Shown here one piece after another: positions 40,801 to 64,000 of a stretch of DNA of 64,000 nucleotides (its first letter is position 1; every line of letters begins with the position of its first letter). The translations under genes and the position numbers were made by a program. The notes beneath the pieces are model-generated. The model was given only the letters and a program-made list of their open reading frames with translations. It did not search any database and was not told the origin of the DNA. The DNA is taken from assembly GCF_964355755.1 (NCBI RefSeq), contig NC_092679.1, positions 21,621,432-21,685,431 of the forward strand. Direction: 5' to 3'. This DNA comes from Antedon mediterranea (lineage: Eukaryota > Animalia > Echinodermata).

Positions 40801-41898
40801 ATTTCTAAATTATGCAACAATGCTATTTCAACCTTGAATTATCTATGATATAAGCTTTGCATATATATAGTATTATGTCTACAAAATAAGCGCTATTATT
40901 TAGCCGATGATTTGCGAATTTATTTATTCAAATGCATCGGGTAAAAATGATTGTCATAATTTTTTGGCTCGTTTGTCCCTAATCAATTTTTTTCATGGGT
41001 AATTATGTGGGGAATTTTCTATACAGTATAATTCATTGTTATCCAAAAATGTTATTACCCACCTATTTTTTATATGACAACATTTTATGTAAGTTTTATC
41101 ATAGAGATATTTTAGTAAACTATCTCTATGGTTTTATCCACTGGTTTTATAGTATTTTTTATATTAGATTGTGTTGTTTTTTAATCAAATATAGTTTCCA
41201 TTTGGTTTTAGAGTAGTTTTTTTGCTAGAAACAATTCTTCATTTATTACAGTGTTTACATTTTACATGACGAATGTTGGATTTAATTTTTTTTTCGTAGG
41301 TCGGTTCGTATGTTGCCTTATTTATGGGAAATGAGCCAAGCTCGTATGTAGACACAGGGGACCCAACACATGCATTTTGTCCCTGTGGCCATGTGTGCAC
41401 AGAAAAAACGGCCAAGTAAGTGAATAAAGTATCTTTTTTTAACAAAGAGGTTATATAATAAGCTAGAGAGTTAACTCTAGATTTATTCACAAAATAAAAT
41501 AATTTAATTTTTTATTTTATACCTCCATGGTTCAAATAAATGAGTCGCTATGTCACACGGTGTGGCTGCATCACATTGGCCAATGATAAAGTCCATTTTG
41601 GAGTTGCGCCCCTACTCAGTCATGCAGCACTATGCTACAGCGTGTTTTTATATACAATTCTCGTATTAAAAAATTAAAGACTTTTAACATCAAAGTATTA
41701 AAATAAACCTTATTATATAGGGTTGAATTTTTGTTTGTAATATATGTTTGCATGTTTTGTTATTTTTTTAGATTTTGGTCAGAGGTTCCTCTACCACACG
41801 GTACACACACCTTCCAAGCAGCCTGCCCCTTCTGTGCTAACCCATTAAGCGGGGACCAAGGCTACGTCAAACTGATTTTCCAAGAAGCTATCGACTGA
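25835..41898 (+). CDS. PELI: E3 ubiquitin-protein ligase Pellino (FHA-like plus RING-like), about 427 aa
   Basis: Pellino motifs IKYGELVVLG/YNGCLPSGNRGRRRS, DMFQVGRSTE, STISRFACRI, MDGLTTNG, DGTLIDLCGATLLWR, RPQCPIG, CGHVHG, CPMCR, FCPCGHVC, PLPHGT..ACPFCA. Exons 27044-27133, 33783-33912, 36687-36788, 37263-37460, 37898-38083, 39181-39279, 39372-39476, 39631-39750, 41300-41415, 41772-41898 (TGA). The start exon (ATG 25835, exon 25797-25845) is a phase-compatible guess only. Confidence 0.93.
26221..26298. repeat. 13-bp perfect tandem repeat (GACATACAGTAAT)x6
   Basis: Directly visible. Confidence 0.95.
27420..27960. repeat. Three diverged tandem copies of a roughly 170-200 bp unit
   Basis: Recurring GTGTACATGTT.AC, AATTC.AATCA.TTTGTA, AAAGACCCAAC and GATGTCA..GAAGGA blocks. 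Confidence 0.75.
29610..30360. repeat. Compound (ATC/ATT)n triplet repeat with higher-order CATCCATATCATCATTATTAT units
   Basis: About 750 bp of ATC/ATT triplets in a Pellino intron; explains the poly-I, poly-H, poly-S, poly-D and poly-M ORFs. Confidence 0.95.
33055..33247 (-). mobile_element. Rex1/Babar-like LINE 3' end
   Basis: Minus strand reads QRNSFLPVAIRLLNS* then a short UTR ending in (TTGAA)n. Confidence 0.6.
33282..33695. repeat. 130-bp tandem repeat, 3 near-identical copies
   Basis: Units start at about 33282, 33412 and 33542; the ORF track shows the same peptide at 130-nt offsets. Confidence 0.95.
35019..35156. mobile_element. MITE family A, internally deleted copy
   Basis: Left TIR intact, three ATATGCCCAAATATGGTAGTG units, right end reduced to GAGCT. 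Confidence 0.75.
35634..35812. mobile_element. MITE family B, full-length with TTA target duplication
   Basis: TTA|AGCGTGGTTCCCACTAG ... CTAGTGGGAACCAAGCT|TTA; close reverse-complement match to 55518-55696. Confidence 0.88.
37004..37143. mobile_element. hAT-like MITE
   Basis: Imperfect TIR CAGTGGCGTAA / TTGCGCCTCTG; 8-bp flanks CGTCTACG and TGTCTATG. Confidence 0.55.
38351..38420. repeat. 18-bp tandem repeat (GGTGGGCTTATA-N6) x4, probably a MITE sub-terminal array
   Basis: Directly visible; reverse-complement TATAAGCCCA motifs at about 57380-57410. Confidence 0.7.
40064..40214. mobile_element. MITE family A copy
   Basis: CTCTGTCTACACTATCAAACTAGTTTGACA ... ATAAAGTTTGATAGT. Confidence 0.8.
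40300..40664 (+). mobile_element. CR1/L2-group LINE 3' fragment
   Basis: From 40341 reads NTLVLPKWHNDSGKRTFQYRSVKLWNNLSPDIR (WN.L motif of CR1/L2 ORF2 C-termini), T-rich UTR and (CTAT)n tail. A similar KLWNRLP fragment lies at about 54150-54325. Confidence 0.65.
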
Positions 41899-43035
41899 CC
41901 TAAGCGTTGTTGGTTGACCATCACAGCGTCTAATTCTGCACTGACCCTATGACTCTACGTGTCCAGTGTCTGAACCTGCGGCAAATTCTATGGATATTCC
42001 ACGGAACCAAAACAAATTCAGCTGGCTCATTGTATTGCAAATAAAAAAGTTATATAATGGAGCATATGCGTAAAAAGTGTGAAAAAATGTATAAATAAAA
42101 ATTGATTATTTCTGTGTTCATGAAAAACTCTTTGTCACCCACAATCCCACGACCCCACCTTCGATTCTGTATTTTAAGCTTTTCTTTCTAACCATAATGA
42201 ACTGTAGTAAACAAGTGTGTGTAGAATAAAATGATTTTCATTAATTTAATTAATGAAATGCAAATTAATATGTAAATATGCATATTCTACTCACTGTCAA
42301 AATTCATATGAATTATATTATATTTTTGTTGATTTTTTATTATAAAATTTTGCAAAAATGGTGAGTGACTCCATATTGTAAATTATCAGATTTATTTATT
42401 TATCTGTATTACTGTAATTGTACATATTATATATATAGTTGATAAGCTAGAATGTACCTCGTCCTCGCTTAGTAGCTTTAGTGTGTATATATAGTATTAC
42501 GTAGTAACCATTCCCAGGTCTTCTCACGTGTGTGCGGTTATGTGGTAATCCCATGTTGTAATTGTTGCGGTATGTGTTTATTTCACGTACATGTTGGTTT
42601 TAACCAAAGACAGAATGAACTAGCTCTAATATACACTCAGTTTTACAAAATATACATCTATATTCGTGCGAAATGCGCCATCTATGGTTAATATTTGTGT
42701 CCGTGTACATGTATTTACGCAAATTCATAAAACACTGTCAATATGTTTTAGATTTTGTTGATTTGTTTAAGATCTTGGAAAGGGTTGGTATTTCAAATAC
42801 AATCTATTATTAGGGATCATGTTAAAATGAATCTACTGCAGTAAGTACAATTTTTGTTTTACTGCAATAATATATGGTTTTAGTTGGTTTCAATGTAGAA
42901 ATTTATATAACAATTTAACATACATTAACAGTATGTATGGTAACCCAAAAAATGTATGCTAATTAATTGCATAAACAGTGAATAAAATGTAGGTACTGCA
43001 GTAACTGCAGTAGATAGTTTTGACATGGCCCCTAT

Positions 43036-43179
43036 AGCTTGGTTCCCAACGAACGAACGAACAAAAGCGAGTTGGCCAATCACAAGCGTCAGTTTAGAAA
43101 ATTCACCGCTTGTGATTCTGGTCAAATCACTTGTATTGCGCTTACGTACTTGCGCTTTGTATCTAGTGGAAACCAAGCT
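43036..43179. mobile_element. MITE family B copy
   Basis: AGCTTGGTTCCCA ... TAGTGGAAACCAAGCT. Confidence 0.75.
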
Positions 43180-43502
43180 TTATTATTATTTCATAAACTA
43201 TTACGAAATAAATAAAAGATCCATAGACATGCATTTATGCAAAATTAAAACAAAATAAAAACAGTCTCTTTTAGATTTGTGTTATAAAATCTTGGAAAGG
43301 TGGTATTTCAAACAAAAGCATAAATGATAATTATTATTGTTTCATATTTAAATAAACTTGAAATGAAATAAATAAACAGCCTTTGAATAATATGAAATTT
43401 AATTTATCACTGCCATGATAATAATTTATATTGGCAATTCAATGTTATCTTTTATGCACTTTCGAATTAATTAACACATTCTTTGTACAGTATCAGTTGA
43501 TA

Positions 43503-43786
43503 GGGGAGATTTTTGATATGCGATGACTTATAACTTATAACATCATGTTAATTTATTGTGTTGGATCATGGATAACATTTTATCCATGGTTTGATCTGGC
43601 AATTGTTTGTCTTCTGGCCCAATTTTGGCAATTCTAGGTTCTAGTGACCACCTTGAATTCTGTCAGAAACATGCGCATTTCAACCTTTTTTGGGAAAAAA
43701 ATCTAAATTGATGTTAGTGGATCAGAATGAATTGCCACAAATATTGTAATGCATAATTTAGTCATAAGTTATCGCAAAAAGCTCCT
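43503..43786. mobile_element. Possible Harbinger-like MITE with degenerate TIRs
   Basis: GGAGATTTTTG..GCGATGACTTATAACT versus AGTCATAAGTTATCGCAAAAAGCTCC; similar GGAGCTTT/AAAGCTCC ends at about 31171-31317 and 53702. Confidence 0.45.
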
Positions 43787-44764
43787 TAATTTCTAACTCT
43801 CCCCAGAAATAGTTCAAAGATTAATTAAAAATCTGCACATATTTTATTTTATCTAATTTTGTGGATGTTATGTAATTTTTTTTTTTGGTGCACTGAGTGA
43901 AAACAAAAATGAGATGAAAAACGTGAAGAGGTCTAATTCAGCATTTTGACAGATTGTAAATTTTACATTGTTTATTTTGATTGATCAAATCCATATTTTT
44001 GTTTCAATTTTAAATGTTTCAATGTTTTAATACTTTATTGGATTTTCTTGATCATGTTATTAGTCTGTTTTATATTTTCACAAAGGTTCTAAAATCCCAT
44101 CAATTTAGTTAGTGAACTTTTTTTTTAAATTCTGAATATGTAATTTATGTTGTATTTGATTACTTGTAAGTTATGGGAAACATGAAACATTTAGAAATTC
44201 TCATACTGTATCTAATTGAAAACCACTTAAGGAAAAATATTTATTGACTTAAGTGAAATTTTGTGGGGAAAGTGTGATTGATATGTATGGCCACACAGGG
44301 TACAACTTGTTTAGGTGCCAATGGGAAAAGTTCATCATCGTGTGACTGATTGTGCAGAAAAATGTAGTATTGTAAAGGTCAAAGTTCATCCCAATGTAAT
44401 TAGTATTAATATATGCATAGAATTATGATAATTTGTATATTCTTTTTCCTGATTACCTCCATATCAGAAAATTCTATTTATGTAAATATAAATGTGCTAA
44501 CATTCCCTGTCGTGTATTATTTATTTTACATTCTTTATTTTTCTATATAAATATATTGAATGTATATTGTTAGTAAGGTAGACTGTCAAAATGTTGTTAA
44601 TAAGCAATCATGAAATGCAGTGTTATGTACAAACTGCATTTAATTATGTTTTTATGTAAAACTACATTGTATATGCTTTGTGGCTTTTATACTTTTCCAT
44701 GATAGGAATCAGAAGTTGGGCTAAATTTTATTTGATTTAAGGAATGTTTAGTCATCTTATGTTA

Positions 44765-44911
44765 AGCTTGGTTCCCACTAGGACGCAACGCAAGGACGTA
44801 AAGGCAACGCAAACGTGTTGACCAATGAATAATAATCCATCGCTTGTGATTGGTAAACTCACTTATGTTGCGTTGCGTCCTTGTGTTGTTGTATCTCTAG
44901 TGGGAACCAAG
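44765..44911. mobile_element. MITE family B copy
   Basis: AGCTTGGTTCCCACTAG ... CTAGTGGGAACCAAG. Confidence 0.8.
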
Positions 44912-45864
44912 ACCTTTTTTGTTGAAGTACTTGTAGAACAATCACAGCATATTTATTGTTTAAACGCGCATGAAGAATGTTAAAAAGAATCTACTATTAA
45001 AACAGGGGGTGGGGAGGGGGGGGGGGAAGGGCAGGATGTGTGATAGAAAGCGGAAGAACATGAGGACATAATACTAATTTTTTTCAATTTGTAATATTTA
45101 TGTTTTTATGCTTATGGATGAATAACAAAAATAAAAGATAATTTAAAAAGTAATTTCACTTAAACAGAAGAATACTGTTAGGGAAAACATTGTACTTGTT
45201 TGGACATTTATTTTTTAAGAATTGATAAAATTCATGAATAAATTTATTTACATAATTTTTTTGTATATTGAACGTCTTAATCTAAACTTAGATTTACTGT
45301 ATTAATGGACAATCAAATTGAATCTAAACTTTGTTAAAAACTAGTTTAATAAAATTGTTATGAATTGAAACATTGTTATTTAAGAATTAGAGTTATTATG
45401 AATGAGACCAATGCACTGTATTATATTTATTTTTAAGTTCTACTACAAATATATTTTCAATCAACATTAAATGTTAAAATTTAGTTTTCTTTTTAATAAA
45501 CACACACACAATTAATTAATTAGTTAATTAAGCAGCATCACTCTTAATTTGTAAAAAAAAACATGTAAAAGTCATGTCTTGTTGCAAATAAATTTTTCAA
45601 GTATGGAAAATTAATATAAATGTCCTAATTATTTAGTTTTATTTGTTGTATGATGATATTTTATCACACTGTTAAATGTTAAAAATGATAGTAATAAAAA
45701 ATTAAATTAAAATTCATGAAAATATAAATGCATTTAATAGGGCAACTTTTGCGTGAGAAAATAAATCGAACATCTCTCTACGTATGGAGAGAAGACAGGA
45801 ACTTTATTATTTTGTGAGGGCGGTATACTGAATAAAGTTGGAGCTGTATAAGATCAGCGAAAAG

Positions 45865-58668
<12,804 letters not shown>

Positions 58669-60060
58669 CCAGATAAATGCCACCTGATATGCAAATGATA
58701 ATGATGAGAAAATCTGCAAGAGATTCAGTGAACAAAATCAAAAATGATTCGAACTCGGACTGTTATATGCAAATGCCCTACCGTTAAACCACTGGGTTTC
58801 ATGGTATTCTACTCATTGACAGCTGACAAGGATATTGTGGATATGCACTTAAGTTCTAATATGGTAGTGATGTGACCAAATATGGTAGTGATGTGGCCAA
58901 ATATGGTAGTGATATGACATCATCATGTCCATATATGGGCAGGCACATCACATTTTTTGTCACAGTATATATGATACACAAAACATTGGTACTTTAGAAC
59001 AACATGACAGTGTATAACCTGCAGTGTCAAATCTTTTTTATTCTATAAATAACAAATTTTAAATATTCAAATTATTTATATAAATTCTATGTACAAAGAA
59101 TATTGCAAAATACATTGACGACAAAATTAGTGATATCAAATTCTTCAAGCGGGTTTTACCGCTTTTGCCCCTTTACGTAGTAGGTTTATGAATTCTATTA
59201 TGAATTTAAAAATGTATGTATTATAATTATTTGATTGCTTTATTCTACTGCTTTTATTAGTGATACAATTTTTTATTATATTATCATTGACAATTGGTAT
59301 AATTCAAAAGAAATTATAAAGCATTGTACAATTATGGAAATGATGTCATAGGTTTGAACCAGCAACCTTTAGCTTAAAGGTCGAGTGCCATACCATTAGT
59401 TCCAGATGTCACTCATACCTTCTTCATGTTACCCTGATACAGTATTATATATTTATATACATATTATAATTATTTTTAAATTAAAAATAATGTATTCAAC
59501 TCATTGGTTTTGGGATAGTTAATTTGGTATTTGTTTACAATGACAAATTAAAATAACAACATTATTAAATTGGGCTTGTAGTTTTTGTTTAATTATTTTA
59601 ATGGTTGAGAACTGAGGAATTTGCTCGCCCTGCATGCATAGATCAGCTCTGCGCAACTGTAAATGCACCTTCTATACATTTATATTTGATGACGTATGGT
59701 TACAATTATTTCATAACTTTATTTGTAACATCATCAGATTAAATTGAATTAAAAAATGATTTAAGCACCCATAGTCAAATACTATATGCACCATTCAACA
59801 CAAAACTTGATCATTCATTAAGCACGGAAGCCGAATAAAAAGTGTACTGTAATCAGTACAACTCCATAATAGAGCCAATGGTAACTTCATACTTGTTCTA
59901 TGGGCCGTGATTAATGCATCTATTGTAATCTTTTAAAAAGCCTTTAGAGCACAAAAGAGTGTAGAGAACCGAGCATTTCTCTCTCATGCATGACTGACTC
60001 CGCTGAACTTCAGAAAACTGTAAGTGCGCCCTCAATATCACCTTGTTTATAATGATAAAC

Positions 60061-60078
60061 TTGGCGGAATATTTTGAA
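60061..60078 (+). promoter_or_regulatory. CDE/CHR-like cell-cycle element at the putative CIT 5' end
   Basis: TTGGCGG-AATAT-TTTGAA; CCAAT at 59875-59879; candidate 5'UTR donors at 60020 (GTAAGT) and 60133 (GTATGG); acceptor at 60829. Confidence 0.45.
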
Positions 60079-60848
60079 TTTGTACGGTGACAAACTGGTC
60101 GAGTTCAGTCATAAAATATGATATTTTAACAAGTATGGTGATTGTAAATAAGTTATCAACTACATAAATTGTTTCTCATATTTGTTTTCTCTTAATTGTT
60201 CACATAATTAATTAGTTAGACATACAGGTGAGGCTAGAAGTAGACACTAGACTAGGCTGTAGCCTACAGTGTTAGTCCTAGGCCTACTATCTAGGCTACT
60301 AGCTGGCTAAATAAGAGGCCTGGAGGCTAGACCAACACTGCTAGGCACCACTTCCCGGCCGGTAGGGCCAGGCCTAGCTAAGAAGGAAACTAGCATCTAT
60401 GCCTACTCTAGTACTATACTCGCTATATAAACTATTACTATGACAGAATATTAGTACTGTATAATTAATTTCAGTTTTAAAGTAAATCATTCTTAATAAA
60501 ACATGTCTGTATGATGGGCCTGTAGAAAATATAATTGATAAAAAATACACACACACACAATACAGTAGGTCTAGCCTAAGAAAAACCCCAAAAATCAGAG
60601 TTTATTTGACAATAATCATGTTTTACCGAGGTTACACATGCCATGGATGGCATAATTTTGCATAATTTGTACAGTATATGCATTCCCATTGATTATCTCT
60701 ATTACCATCATTTCTGTAATAATATTAATAATACAGTACTACAATTTACGAATGCTCTGTAGACTAGTATTAGTACTTGAATTTGATCATATAGTACACA
60801 CAAATACATTATTTTCTGTTTTTTTACAGTAAGTAGATTCAAAACAAC

Positions 60849-63735
<2,887 letters not shown>

Positions 63736-64000
63736 TAGAACACAATTCATTTTTTAATTTTCACAAATCATTTTATTTATTTGACCAGCCTAAAGTCAAT
63801 ACAAGAATACAAAACTTGAATAATAGATGACATATGCCGTGCAGGGACAGCTTAAGTAGAAAACATCGCTGCAACTCAATTCTGAAAAGCTTTTACAAAA
63901 GACTCTAAACCACAGAATTAATTAAAACGACACTTTACACATTCATACAAAGATCCTTTTGATGAGTAATAATTTACAATTTCTCCATCAATTCTAAATA

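Overview
AT-rich genomic DNA from an intron-rich invertebrate animal (a deuterostome such as an echinoderm is plausible but cannot be proven from this window). It carries four spliced protein-coding genes, all on the + strand: the 3' part of the deubiquitinase USP34 (43 exons traced, 1-20526), a Pellino E3 ubiquitin ligase (about 25835-41898), UDP-glucose pyrophosphorylase UGP2 (45865-58668, 15 exons, 507 aa) and the 5' part of Citron Rho-interacting kinase (60849 to the window end). Exon boundaries were traced by hand from GT/GC-AG signals and frame continuity. Introns are full of small non-autonomous DNA transposons (Harbinger-, Kolobok-, hAT- and Tc1/mariner-like), tRNA-derived and Deu/Nin-like SINEs, truncated LINE 3' ends and several tandem arrays. 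I see no convincing new multi-gene system. The best leads are regulatory and evolutionary: a perfect 17-bp inverted repeat built from four AGGTCA nuclear-receptor half-sites in UGP2 intron 1, a candidate alternative first coding exon of UGP2, a CDE/CHR-like element at the citron kinase 5' end, TAGGCCTA-rich patches after all three putative first exons, and a USP34-Pellino-UGP2 linkage that mirrors human 2p15-p14.
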